The notes beneath the pieces are model-generated. The model was not told the DNA's origin. It was given only the letters and a program-made list of their open reading frames with translations, and did not search any database. This document shows positions 18,827-28,997 of a DNA stretch of 64,000 bases, piece after piece. Location of the stretch: IMG/VR virus record IMGVR_UViG_3300008448_000063, positions 5,182 through 69,181 of that record; one strand, written 5' to 3'. Position numbers and translations under genes: made by a program. Position 1 is the first letter of the stretch. Every line of letters starts with the position of its first letter. This stretch comes from a virus.

Positions 18827-20083
18827 TTAATAAATCTCTCTCCACCTTATAGATACTCCAACATTAGATGGGTCAGTACCTAAATTAGTAACTCTTACTG
18901 AAAAAATTTCAGAATCTGTAGAGTAAAAATTTTGAGATAAAAAGTTTTTCTTTGATGATGGTCCACTTTGAACTTGTGCTGTTGTTGCTGATGGTTTGGT
19001 TACATTCTGACTATCTCCAGCAGCATAACCTCCCATAAAATCTTCAAAGTATACTGTACTAATTCCAGTCATAGTTTGGTTATATTCCACCACAGATTCA
19101 TCATTCTCAGAAACCCAAGTTCCAGTAGTATTAATTCCTACTGAACTTCTAAGTTTTACAACTTCATACTTAACATTTGCACCACTACTGAAAACAGTAA
19201 TGTCTTCTAATTTTACAGTTGCTCTATTTGAATATCCTTTAAAACTATTTTTCAATCTAATAGCAATCACTGGTATAGTGGTCCCAACACCAACTGTTCT
19301 TAAATTAGTTGTATGTGAAAATTCTCTACCTGCTTCAGTATATCCACCCTCACTCATAACAGTGGAACAAATCTGAATAAATGAACCTCCAGCACCAACT
19401 TGAGTTCCACTATTTCTAATCTCACATCTTACTGGAAGATTTGGATTAGACATATAGACTGTAGAAAGGTTATTTGAATTGTAAAACTCATGAGCTACAA
19501 TATTGAGACCATCTAAACTAAATCCACATCTAACTCTACCAACTCCTAACCATTCAAAATCAGTGAAAAATAGTTGAGTTTTTGTAATATCTAAATTAAA
19601 TCCAGAGACTCCAGTTCCATCAAGTTTATCTTTATTCCATTGAGTCTGCGGAATTCTTCTTTCTGTTGTTCCAATTCCTGATGATGTATAAGATCTAATA
19701 ACAAAACTTAAAGTTCCATCAGGTGCCTGTTCAAAATAAATTCCATCATTGTCGTCAAAATATCCAGTTCTTTTGGTGACATTTTGTTGTGCAGCACCAT
19801 AATTAAATGTTGAATATATTAATTGAGATTTACCTGGCATATAATGATGGTATCTCTTTGTCTGATGAATGCAATAACCTGTAGAACTTGTCCCAGAACT
19901 AAGAACTGCTGCTGCTTGATTTCTTTCAAATGTAATAGTTGCTCCTACTCCAGATGCAACATCTACAAAATCTGGATCAATAGCATATAAGTGTTTATAA
20001 TCTCCAAGAGTAAATGGATCTGATGTTCTTAATCTTCCAAATGCATCAATTTCAGGTTTAAATGGATCATACAAAAACGACAT
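18827..20083 (-). CDS. Putative virion structural protein
   Basis: DAFGRLR, YMPGKSQ, EWLGVGRVRCGF, PNLPVRCEI, terminal WRE; family commonly seen in phage structural clusters. Confidence 0.7.
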   Translation of the reverse strand: MSFLYDPFKPEIDAFGRLRTSDPFTLGDYKHLYAIDPDFVDVASGVGATITFERNQAAAVLSSGTSSTGYCIHQTKRYHHYMPGKSQLIYSTFNYGAAQQNVTKRTGYFDDNDGIYFEQAPDGTLSFVIRSYTSSGIGTTERRIPQTQWNKDKLDGTGVSGFNLDITKTQLFFTDFEWLGVGRVRCGFSLDGLNIVAHEFYNSNNLSTVYMSNPNLPVRCEIRNSGTQVGAGGSFIQICSTVMSEGGYTEAGREFSHTTNLRTVGVGTTIPVIAIRLKNSFKGYSNRATVKLEDITVFSSGANVKYEVVKLRSSVGINTTGTWVSENDESVVEYNQTMTGISTVYFEDFMGGYAAGDSQNVTKPSATTAQVQSGPSSKKNFLSQNFYSTDSEIFSVRVTNLGTDPSNVGVSIRWREIY

Positions 20084-20772
20084 TAGACTACCCTCCAGGA
20101 ATTACCTTTCCATATAAATGTTAAACTGCCATAATCAAAAGCAAGAATTGCTCTAGTTCTACCATCAATCAGGTCTGCTCCTGTTGGTAAGATTGTAATA
20201 TATCTATTAGTTCCTTTGGATGCCTCTCCTAATTCGTCCTTAACAACAAATATTTTTCCTTGTCTATCTGCTTTTGGTAATGTAATAGTAACTGCACCTG
20301 CATAATACACACCAATATAATAATCTTGTGGTTTTATTGTATAAGATGAAGTAGTTACTGATGTTACTGGAACATCCATATAAGTGAGATTGGTCTCACC
20401 ACCTCCACCTAAAGTAGAAAGTTGCTGCTGAATTCTTTCTACAAAGGTTTTATAGTGTTTTTGTAACTGGTCAAAGGTGACAAAATTTTGATCCAATGGA
20501 GTCAATGGATCATTTTGTTGTTTAGTATTTGAAGGTTCTGATAAAAGACCTAAAGACTTTTCTATAAGTGTTTTTTCTTTAGGAGGTTCTTCTTCTGCCT
20601 TTTCTTCAAATACTATTTCTTCAATAACTTCTTTTGGTTTTTTATAATCTTCTGCTAAAGGCTTGATAAAATCTTCAAAAAAAGAATTTCCAAGAATCTC
20701 CTGCATGGAGTCTTTTTGTTCTTTTTTTGCAGATTTTATAGTTTTAAAGAAGTCCTTTAACTCCTTATCCAC
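20083..20772 (-). CDS. Hypothetical virion-associated protein
   Basis: IQQQLSTLGGGGE followed by a fibre-like DYYIGV...TITLP...VKDE domain. Confidence 0.65.
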   Translation of the reverse strand: MDKELKDFFKTIKSAKKEQKDSMQEILGNSFFEDFIKPLAEDYKKPKEVIEEIVFEEKAEEEPPKEKTLIEKSLGLLSEPSNTKQQNDPLTPLDQNFVTFDQLQKHYKTFVERIQQQLSTLGGGGETNLTYMDVPVTSVTTSSYTIKPQDYYIGVYYAGAVTITLPKADRQGKIFVVKDELGEASKGTNRYITILPTGADLIDGRTRAILAFDYGSLTFIWKGNSWRVV

Positions 20773-20775
20773 TTA

Positions 20776-20943
20776 TCACTCCTCTTCTGTTTGAACGCTA
20801 AACATACTTTGAGCAACATGAGGAGTAATTGCCTCTATATTCTCTGCAGATTTTGCAAAAAGAATTTCTTTGATCTTATCTGATACTTCCTCTGGAGAAC
20901 CACCACTAAAAATAGTATCCATTAATTCAACTGTAGATTCCAT
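20776..20943 (-). CDS. 55-aa acidic protein, likely prohead core (gp67-like position)
   Basis: Hand-translated MESTVELMDTIFSGGSPEEVSDKIKEILFAKSAENIE...; GAGG RBS; TATAAATA at 20966-20973; directly after gp20. Confidence 0.7.
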   Translation of the reverse strand: MESTVELMDTIFSGGSPEEVSDKIKEILFAKSAENIEAITPHVAQSMFSVQTEEE

Positions 20944-20968
20944 TTATAACCTCAAAATTATGTACTAT

Positions 20969-22633
20969 TTATATCTCTGCTGCCTTGGCATTGATAGAAA
21001 CATCTTTATTATTATCAATATTTGGTTCTTTGGGAACATTGCCCATTGGTTGATTGCCTGGCATTGGTTCTAAAGGCATACCATCAGGACCAATTGCTGG
21101 CATCAGTGTTGGATCAGGATACAGACCATCCTTGATTTCCTTCTTCATCAATTTGTTTTCATCAACAATTTCCTGATCTGTTTGTCTCAGGATCTTGCGT
21201 CTTACATAATCTTGTGAATAATATCTACCAATGTAAGGTTCAATAGCAACCATTAGATTCAATCTTTCATTCATTAACTCAGTATCTTTGAGTTCAGAAA
21301 AGTGTCCATCATACAGATAATCATATTGAATATGATCGCTCATCTTCTCCCAATCTTCAGGAGTAACAATATTCTTAAGAATTAATTGTGTCTTAAGAAG
21401 ATCGTGAAATACATTACTAAATCTCTTTCTCAGTCTTCCTACAAACTTACCAAACATCAATTCATCTCTAAGAATTTCAGAAGATCTTCCTAAATTAAAA
21501 CCAGTGTCTGAAGCAGTTCTTGATTCTGGAACATTCAAAGATCTAAAGAGTTTCTTCTGGAAATACTGAACATCAGTCAGTTCTCCAAGATTCTGACCAC
21601 CAGGAAGAGTGGTAATTTCAGTGCCTCTACCACCCTCTCTACGAGGCAACCAGAAGTCTTCCATCATAGACATAAACTTCTTGTCATCACGCATTTCACC
21701 AGTGTTTGCATCATAAACAAGTTTATTCCTATACCTGTTCATAACATCACGCAGATATTGTTCTGCCTTCACTTTAGGAAGATTACCTACATCAATGTAG
21801 AAGATTCTTCTTTCTGGTGCTCTAGAAAGTCTATAAATCACCAGAGCATCCTCAATCATTCTTAGTTGATTGAGTGCCTTAATTGCTTTATGGAGATATG
21901 ACAAAGTAAGTTGTCTGTTTCTATCTACCAATCCAGATGTGACATAGGTAATAGCATCCTTGGCAATTCTAATGCCCTTATTTGTAGATGCTACTCTTTG
22001 TACATGACCCATTGGGTAATAGACAAAGTATTCATCTATTTCAGGATCTTTAAATGTCTGAGGTTTTTCTGGATCAATATTGTTAATGTAATTACCGCCA
22101 AGGTTAATTTGCTTATCACTTTTCCTTTGCTGCCTCATATATCTAACTTTCAAAGCATCCATGTATCTCAGATCTTGGATACCCTCTTCTGGATGCTTCA
22201 AATCAATTACTTTATGGTATAAGATTCTTCCATCTACATACCAGTTTTTGAAAATTTCATGTGATTTTTTATCAAATCCCATCAGGTCTTTGATATACTT
22301 AAATTCATCTCTGATTATCTTTTTGAGACCATCACTAGCATTTAAATTGCTTAATTCAATTTCTACAGGAGAGTCATTTAAATCAGAAACAATAGCTTCA
22401 TTAACAACATTTTCAATGGCAGCATCACACTCTGGATGCAGTGCCATCTCTCTGTATCTCTTAATCAAATCATACTCATTTCTAAATACACCTTCAATAT
22501 CTACATATTGACCATAGAATCCACTGGTAAGATAATAGTCAACCCCGTCCTCATTGTTTTGAGGAACGGGGGATAATGCATCCTTTGGTAATTTATTTTC
22601 GTCTTCTATTGAAAACCCAAAAAGTCTTGCCAT
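20969..22633 (-). CDS. gp20: Portal vertex protein
   Basis: IYRLSRAPERRIFYIDVGNLP, EDFWLPRREGGRGTEITTLPGGQNLG. Confidence 0.98.
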   Translation of the reverse strand: MARLFGFSIEDENKLPKDALSPVPQNNEDGVDYYLTSGFYGQYVDIEGVFRNEYDLIKRYREMALHPECDAAIENVVNEAIVSDLNDSPVEIELSNLNASDGLKKIIRDEFKYIKDLMGFDKKSHEIFKNWYVDGRILYHKVIDLKHPEEGIQDLRYMDALKVRYMRQQRKSDKQINLGGNYINNIDPEKPQTFKDPEIDEYFVYYPMGHVQRVASTNKGIRIAKDAITYVTSGLVDRNRQLTLSYLHKAIKALNQLRMIEDALVIYRLSRAPERRIFYIDVGNLPKVKAEQYLRDVMNRYRNKLVYDANTGEMRDDKKFMSMMEDFWLPRREGGRGTEITTLPGGQNLGELTDVQYFQKKLFRSLNVPESRTASDTGFNLGRSSEILRDELMFGKFVGRLRKRFSNVFHDLLKTQLILKNIVTPEDWEKMSDHIQYDYLYDGHFSELKDTELMNERLNLMVAIEPYIGRYYSQDYVRRKILRQTDQEIVDENKLMKKEIKDGLYPDPTLMPAIGPDGMPLEPMPGNQPMGNVPKEPNIDNNKDVSINAKAAEI

Positions 22634-22659
22634 TGTATAAGTTTAAAGTATAGAATTAT

Positions 22660-23307
22660 TTAGACTACTTCTAAATTGGTTCTTCCTTGAGGATCAATAG
22701 CTTCCCACCATTGAACTTGAAGATCTACAGTGAATTCTTCAACTTCATTTTCATTATTGTATGATAAATCAATTTGAGATACATTAGTTGGGAAGACACC
22801 ATGGATTACATACTTTCTTAATTCATTGATGGAACCATCTGAATTATTTGAAAGTCCAGTGTAGTTTCCTCTAGAAAGTTGAGTAACATTCATTTCTGCC
22901 ATGTACTCTGATGGTGTGATTGTGCCACTTCCATCAGAAACTTTCACAATGTAGTTCATCCATCTTTCGAAGAAACTTCTCCATCTAAAGTCAACATCAT
23001 TAATAACTGTGATTGTCCAGATGTCAAATGTTCTGTCACCAGCAATCTTCAGAGTTCTTCCTCTAAATGGAACTGGAATTTCACTGATGGTTGATGCAGG
23101 AAGACCTGCTGATTTAATAAGCATCAGATCATCTTGATCAAATTGAATTCCCAATTTGCCAAGAACACTGATATCAGTTCCTGTAGCATCTGTGGGTGTT
23201 CCACTAATTTGTGAACCAAAACTTACTTCAAAAAGGTTGCTACGAGCACCACCACCAGATAATTTTGTTTTGAATTTATCAATAGTTCTGTCTGAAAAAT
23301 TAGGCAT
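22660..23307 (-). CDS. gp19: Tail tube protein
   Basis: GGARSNLFEV, VPFRGRTLKIAGDRTF, EEFTVDLQVQWW. Confidence 0.95.
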   Translation of the reverse strand: MPNFSDRTIDKFKTKLSGGGARSNLFEVSFGSQISGTPTDATGTDISVLGKLGIQFDQDDLMLIKSAGLPASTISEIPVPFRGRTLKIAGDRTFDIWTITVINDVDFRWRSFFERWMNYIVKVSDGSGTITPSEYMAEMNVTQLSRGNYTGLSNNSDGSINELRKYVIHGVFPTNVSQIDLSYNNENEVEEFTVDLQVQWWEAIDPQGRTNLEVV

Positions 23308-23327
23308 TTTTCTTAGTCTCCTTTAAG

Positions 23328-25970
23328 TTAAACTGTTCCTACTACTGTTTCAAAAGAAACACCAGTTCTTGTAGCAACAAATGTAAGTCCAATGAAGTTA
23401 ATGGAACGAGCAGGTTTTACATATATATCTGCAATAAATTCATTTCTATCAATTACATCTGGTGTGTTATTTGAGTCATCACAGACTAAGAGGAAGTCTT
23501 GAATACCTCTCTTTGCCTGTACATCTCTCAGATAAGGTTCAACAATGTTAATGAAGTTTGCTCTTGTTGCTGCATCATTGAACTCAAAGAGTTGAGCATC
23601 AGCAGCACTCTTGATAGCCTGCTCAATTGTGATGAACAGTCTTCTGACATTGATTCTATCAAAGGCAGAAGTATAAGAGAGAGCAGTTTTATCACCAAAG
23701 AGAATTATGCCTGATCCTGGAGAAGAAATAACTGGATTAATTCTCTGGGAATAAAGCTTATCCCTATCATCTTGATTAGGATTGTAGGAAAGTTTGATTG
23801 GATATCTCAGTGTTCCTCTAACCTTTCCTGCAGGTGAATACCATGGGAATTGGTTAATGTCTGTTCTTACACAAAGACCAGCAACATCTCCAGAGCAAGG
23901 AATGTAAACAAACTCCTTATTGTATCTGTCATAGACATACTGGTATCCACTATCAAACACAGCATATGATGAAGAGGTTAATGGACTGAAGAATGAAAGA
24001 ACATTTGCAAGTTGTGTTGATGTTTGTGCAACATTTACAACACCTTCTCTGTATGGGGAGATGAAAGCAACACAATCCTTTCTATTTTCAGCAATGCTGA
24101 TGAGTGTATTTGCTTTTGCTTGCTCAATTTCTTTTCCTAAAGAAGCACTTCCTTGGAGTAAGAAGTTTAAAGGAACTTCATCTGCATTAGAAAGTTTATC
24201 ATAAGCATCAGTAATGTCTGATAAATTAACTGCAAATCCACCAATTCCACCTTCTCCACTATAATCCTTTCCACCAGAAATAGTGAAGGATTTGTTTCCA
24301 ATGGAGTTGAATGTTACATTATCACACTCAACATCCCAGATTCCTAAACTTTCTGATTGAGGTGTATTTCCTGAGGAGAACTTAGTTGCAACAGGATCTA
24401 CATTCCAATATGAATCTGTAGTAGTTCCACCTAAAGACTTACCTGCATAGATGTATACCGAGTTCAGTGCAAGGTAATCCTTGTAGTATACACTTTGTGT
24501 TGGAGAAATTTCAGTATCAATTGCCTTAGAGAGGTTAGTAAACTTCTCTAAGATTGACTGGGAAGAACCTGAAATATTCTTTGATCTTGCACTATCAACA
24601 ACTACAACATGCAGAGCATCATTGTTTCCATTTCTGTCTCTTACATATTGATTGGTTCTTGGCTTAGGAGCAACTGTTCTCCAAGAGAGAGTTACACTAT
24701 CTCCATTAGCAGCATCTAAGATATTTTGAGTATTGTACCAGTCATTGATAGTAGCAGTGGTAACTACTGAAGATTGTGAGATTGAATTGACTAAGAAAAT
24801 CTCATTAGTAGCAACATTAATTACATAATCTCCTGCTGTAATTCCTGCAATAGAAGCAACCTCAACAGTTGTGGAGGAACTATCTACTGAGGCAGAAACA
24901 GTAGTTACATTTTGGTTATATGTTAATACCTTAACAGTTGAACCATCATTAACAGATGCTGCTGCAGTTGTTCCAAATGTTGATCTAGCAACACCAATTT
25001 GATTTCCTGAGACTGAGATAACATCAAGAATTTCATCCCCAATTAACAAATAGCTTGCTGTGCTAATACCAGATGCTGACTCAACAAACAGGGATGAAGC
25101 AGAATTCAGAAGTGGAGCACTTCCTGCATTATCAATAGTTGTTGTGGCAGCAACATCTAATACTGATAATGAAGCACCTGCACCAATTGAGTTGGCACCA
25201 AATGATGTTGAAGGACTGTTTCTTGTTATTGAAAGAACAGGATTTCCTGCATTAGAAAGAGCACCATCTACATACAGGGAGGAATTTGTATTAAATGCAT
25301 AAATTCCATTTTCAGTGTACTCTTGTGCAGTAGTTGTTCCAGCACTTACTTTGGAAACAATCTTGACATAGAATTCTGAAGAACCTACTCCAGTAACAAT
25401 TCCCTTAATAAAACCGGATGCTGCTGTTGTAGTTCCTACTCCTGCAACTGTTCCTGAAAGTGCTTGAGTAACTGCATATCCAACTTGGATTGATGCTGTG
25501 TTTACACCAGCAATTGTTTGGTCTGCAAAGTTATCAATTACACAAACTTTGATTCCATCTGCCCAATGTCCTGGGTTCTTTGCTGCCCAGTAGAAATTGG
25601 TTGCAGTTGAATGACTTTGTTGATAATCATCATAGTTTTCAATTAATAATGATGTTGTTGATGCTATAGAAACTCCAGCATTAGAATTATTTAATGCAGA
25701 ACCTGAACATCTTACTACCTTTAAACTTCCGCCGTATGAAAGGAAGTTTGATGCTGAGTACCAGTATTCATAATGGTAATCATTCTTTGATGGTCTTCCA
25801 AAGGTATCTACTAATTCCTTTTCATTAAGAATAGTGATAGCTTCATTTACTGGACCTTTCTCAAAAGGTGCAGCAATTCCAGCAGATAAAGATGTGGTAT
25901 TGTTGATACCACCTCTAGTTAAATCTACCTCTCTTACTTTAATCCCTGGAGATGCTAAGCTTAACGCCAT
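23328..25970 (-). CDS. gp18: Tail sheath protein (enlarged, 880 aa)
   Basis: SPGIKVREVDLT, PWYSPAG, SAFDRINVRRLF, YVKPARSINFI. Confidence 0.97.
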   Translation of the reverse strand: MALSLASPGIKVREVDLTRGGINNTTSLSAGIAAPFEKGPVNEAITILNEKELVDTFGRPSKNDYHYEYWYSASNFLSYGGSLKVVRCSGSALNNSNAGVSIASTTSLLIENYDDYQQSHSTATNFYWAAKNPGHWADGIKVCVIDNFADQTIAGVNTASIQVGYAVTQALSGTVAGVGTTTAASGFIKGIVTGVGSSEFYVKIVSKVSAGTTTAQEYTENGIYAFNTNSSLYVDGALSNAGNPVLSITRNSPSTSFGANSIGAGASLSVLDVAATTTIDNAGSAPLLNSASSLFVESASGISTASYLLIGDEILDVISVSGNQIGVARSTFGTTAAASVNDGSTVKVLTYNQNVTTVSASVDSSSTTVEVASIAGITAGDYVINVATNEIFLVNSISQSSVVTTATINDWYNTQNILDAANGDSVTLSWRTVAPKPRTNQYVRDRNGNNDALHVVVVDSARSKNISGSSQSILEKFTNLSKAIDTEISPTQSVYYKDYLALNSVYIYAGKSLGGTTTDSYWNVDPVATKFSSGNTPQSESLGIWDVECDNVTFNSIGNKSFTISGGKDYSGEGGIGGFAVNLSDITDAYDKLSNADEVPLNFLLQGSASLGKEIEQAKANTLISIAENRKDCVAFISPYREGVVNVAQTSTQLANVLSFFSPLTSSSYAVFDSGYQYVYDRYNKEFVYIPCSGDVAGLCVRTDINQFPWYSPAGKVRGTLRYPIKLSYNPNQDDRDKLYSQRINPVISSPGSGIILFGDKTALSYTSAFDRINVRRLFITIEQAIKSAADAQLFEFNDAATRANFINIVEPYLRDVQAKRGIQDFLLVCDDSNNTPDVIDRNEFIADIYVKPARSINFIGLTFVATRTGVSFETVVGTV

Positions 25971-26005
25971 TTTAACTCCTCTAGTGCTTCATTTTGCTCT
26001 AAAAG

Positions 26006-26013
26006 TATTTATA
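26006..26013 (-). promoter_or_regulatory. Late promoter for gp18
   Basis: Exact TATAAATA. Confidence 0.78.
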
Positions 26014-26024
26014 AATTTCTCCTT

Positions 26025-27674
26025 TTACCTGTATTCCCACATAAATGATCTATCACCATACTCATCAACCTTCCACAAATCACCATCAGAGTCTGTAAAT
26101 TCTGTTTCATCATCAATTCCAGTCAATATAAACCCAAATGGTGCCATATCTTGATCTATCTGATTCTTCTGTTCTTCATATAATCTTTTCCTAACATCTT
26201 GATCAGTAAGTTCTTTGAAGTAGTCCTGTGCAACCAACCAAGCATAAATTACAAGGCACATTGCCAAATCATCATTACATCCCTCTTCTGCCTCAAATGA
26301 GTTATGTTTCTGAATGAATGTAGTAAGTTCACTAATAATTTCATAATCATTAAAGATAAGTTTATCCTCTTCTATCATTGTCTTTAAATTGAGACACCCA
26401 ACCTTTTTAACTGTCTTAGACATTTTAAGACCTAGTTGAGTTTTCTTTCCAGAAAATCCTTGTCCAACAATTTGCCCTGCCCTACCTCTCATAGAACACA
26501 TCAATAGATTTTGATACTCTAAATCATACTGAATGATGGAAGCAACTTGATCTCCTACATCATTGACTTCACATAAGATAAATGCATTATTGTACGCTTT
26601 AGCAACCTCATGAATGATGCTTGGGAATAGCATTGGTTTGATTTCATTGTTCCTATACTTTGCTACTATTTTATGTGGGAAAGTAGTTATATCAAATACT
26701 ACAAATGCAGAATAATCATTTCCAACACCCCTAGCAACATCAACAGTTATTACATAATCACTATCTTCTTTAGATTCTTCATATACATCTAATCCTTTAC
26801 TCTGTTTTATTGGTTTATCATAGACAAGACTCTTTAGTTTACTTGGTGCAATTAGGGTATCTACTGATCCTAAGAATTCGCACTCAAATTCAACTTTGAA
26901 CTGTTGTTCTGATGTGTTGGATATAGTTTGTGCTTTCCACTTATCATCCCTTCCAGGAACTTCTGACCAATGAACATCTGTAGGGACATATTCATTCATT
27001 CCCCTCTCAGCATCATGCCACATCCTATAGAAGTGGTTCATACCATGAGGAGTGGATACTATGATAACCTTTGTGCTTTGACCAGAAGAAATAGTAGGAT
27101 AAACAGATGCAAAGAATTGGTCTGCAATATGGTTTGGAATAAACGCGAATTCATCAAGGAATATGATATTATAGGATCCACCTCTGACAGCAGATGCAGA
27201 TGTAGAAGCAGCCAAAATCTTTGATCCATTCTCTAGCTCCATAGAACCTTTATTCCAAGCAAGTATACCTTGCTGCAACCATTTTGGTAGGTTTTCATAT
27301 GCAGTTTGTAATCTTGATAACAAATCTCTAGCAGTAGATGCTTTGTTAGCAAGAATTGCAATATTTACATTATCATTAAAAATTGCATAATGGAGCAAAT
27401 AAGATACAACAGTTGTAGATTTGCCTGTCTGTCTAGGCATCTTACAAATGTTGAATCTATGATTATGGAAATTGCTAATTAGTTTTTCTTGGAAATGATA
27501 TGGTTTAAACAGTTGAAGTCCATGGTCCAAGGTAACAATTTGCACATAATTCTTGGCAAAATATACAGGATCATTTTTACACTTAACAAATTCTAAAATT
27601 TGATCTTGTGTAAACTCAATAGGTGTATTGGCTTTTTTTAGTAGAGGATTGCCAAGGTAAACATTATCACTCAT
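26025..27674 (-). CDS. gp17: Terminase large subunit
   Basis: YLGNPLLKK, PRQTGKST Walker A, IFLDEFAF Walker B, nuclease DVARG...DYS and DDLAM. Confidence 0.98.
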   Translation of the reverse strand: MSDNVYLGNPLLKKANTPIEFTQDQILEFVKCKNDPVYFAKNYVQIVTLDHGLQLFKPYHFQEKLISNFHNHRFNICKMPRQTGKSTTVVSYLLHYAIFNDNVNIAILANKASTARDLLSRLQTAYENLPKWLQQGILAWNKGSMELENGSKILAASTSASAVRGGSYNIIFLDEFAFIPNHIADQFFASVYPTISSGQSTKVIIVSTPHGMNHFYRMWHDAERGMNEYVPTDVHWSEVPGRDDKWKAQTISNTSEQQFKVEFECEFLGSVDTLIAPSKLKSLVYDKPIKQSKGLDVYEESKEDSDYVITVDVARGVGNDYSAFVVFDITTFPHKIVAKYRNNEIKPMLFPSIIHEVAKAYNNAFILCEVNDVGDQVASIIQYDLEYQNLLMCSMRGRAGQIVGQGFSGKKTQLGLKMSKTVKKVGCLNLKTMIEEDKLIFNDYEIISELTTFIQKHNSFEAEEGCNDDLAMCLVIYAWLVAQDYFKELTDQDVRKRLYEEQKNQIDQDMAPFGFILTGIDDETEFTDSDGDLWKVDEYGDRSFMWEYR

Positions 27675-27680
27675 AAGTTA

Positions 27681-28565
27681 TCAACAGTTCCAGGCTCTTA
27701 ATGATTTATTAATTCTTGAATCAGGATCTCTAGCAGTTTTGGCACTAGTTAATTTTGCTTTCATTCCCTTCATACGAGCACAAAATGATGCTCTACGAGG
27801 ATTGCCTACTTTTTTTGAAGGTGCTTTAAGGTCTGAACCAGGATTCTCCCTTTCATAGGATTTTCTTCCCTTTTCATTTAATCCACCTTCTTTATTTTTA
27901 CCTTCCTTTCTTTGCCATGCTGCAACTTCAGTCATAAACTGACTGAAAGTTATGCCTTCACTCACCTCCTCATCACTAGACATATACTCTGCTGCAGTAT
28001 CAATAAAGTCTGCTGCTCTAGTGATTTTTGATTGAACCCAAGCAGGAAGTTGTTGATCTGGTTTTTTAATAAGTCTTCTTAAGATACTAACAGATCTCTC
28101 AATTTGATCAAACTCAATTTTTGCCATATATCCTTCATCATCTTTCTTCTTACCACTAGCAATTTCTTTGTGGTCTTCATGAATTTTAGATTCATTTGTA
28201 GGATGAATCTTTGCTATACTATACTTATCCCACATTGATGGACCCCAAGAACATTCTTCTCTCTTCTCGTTCTTTCTGCAAAGTAAGCAATACTTAGTAT
28301 CTTCTTTATATTGTTTTTCTGCAGTAATTTCTTCTTTCATTGGTCCTTTCTTTTCTACTTTTTTAAGTCTTGTATAATAATCTGGAAGTTCATCTACATG
28401 CTGCAAAGCAGTAATTTTAGCACCACTCTTACTTGTAGTGTGCTCTCCTTCTACTTTAGTGCCAATCTTTACCTGCTTCATGATTTGACTCAGAGGAACC
28501 TTGTGCTTCTTTGCAAGTTCCTCTGGGGACTTATATGCTTTAACAGGACCTTTTGGATCTTTCAT
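27681..28565 (-). CDS. Modular hypothetical protein, probable internal head protein (DUF5661-like and DUF6321-like segments)
   Basis: GTKVEGEHT...LPDYYTRL module, CxxC module, LPAWVQSKIT module and AAWQRKEGKN...RRASFCARM module, separated by E-containing linkers. Confidence 0.65.
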   Translation of the reverse strand: MKDPKGPVKAYKSPEELAKKHKVPLSQIMKQVKIGTKVEGEHTTSKSGAKITALQHVDELPDYYTRLKKVEKKGPMKEEITAEKQYKEDTKYCLLCRKNEKREECSWGPSMWDKYSIAKIHPTNESKIHEDHKEIASGKKKDDEGYMAKIEFDQIERSVSILRRLIKKPDQQLPAWVQSKITRAADFIDTAAEYMSSDEEVSEGITFSQFMTEVAAWQRKEGKNKEGGLNEKGRKSYERENPGSDLKAPSKKVGNPRRASFCARMKGMKAKLTSAKTARDPDSRINKSLRAWNC

Positions 28566-28578
28566 CCCACAGATTATA

Positions 28579-28995
28579 TTATTCTTCGTTATTATTTAGT
28601 AAACCTTGTTTCAACAACTTAGATAATTCTGCAGTAGAACCTACAAACAGTGCATTATTAACAGTTGTAGGACCATTTTTCTGAGGAGCATCTAGATCTT
28701 TCATTTTCTTCTGAAGATCTAATAGTTTATCAGTCACATCACCTACAGACTTAATTAATTGACCTGCAACTTCATATGCCCTTGGATGATTTGAACTGTC
28801 TGCTACTTCTAGAATCCCATCAATAGCTTGCTGTCCTTTCTCAATTAAATTGTAAAGTTGACCTCTACTATATTCATAATCTTTTTGAGGATCATTTGGA
28901 ACTGGTTTAGATTCAATTTCTACTGGCTCAGCAGGAACTAACTTGGTTTCTATGTCCAATGCCTGTTCAATTTCTTTAAAATTTTTATCATTCAT
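28579..28995 (-). CDS. gp16: Terminase small subunit
   Basis: DYEYSRGQLY, HPRAYEVAGQLIK, NNALFVGSTAEL. Confidence 0.93.
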   Translation of the reverse strand: MNDKNFKEIEQALDIETKLVPAEPVEIESKPVPNDPQKDYEYSRGQLYNLIEKGQQAIDGILEVADSSNHPRAYEVAGQLIKSVGDVTDKLLDLQKKMKDLDAPQKNGPTTVNNALFVGSTAELSKLLKQGLLNNNEE

Positions 28996-28997
28996 AA

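Noticed and set aside
1-27674. Introns, inteins or homing endonucleases in gp43, gp46, uvsW, gp20, gp23 and gp17
   Set aside because: Reading frames are continuous and of normal length; no intein or HNH/GIY-YIG/LAGLIDADG motifs seen
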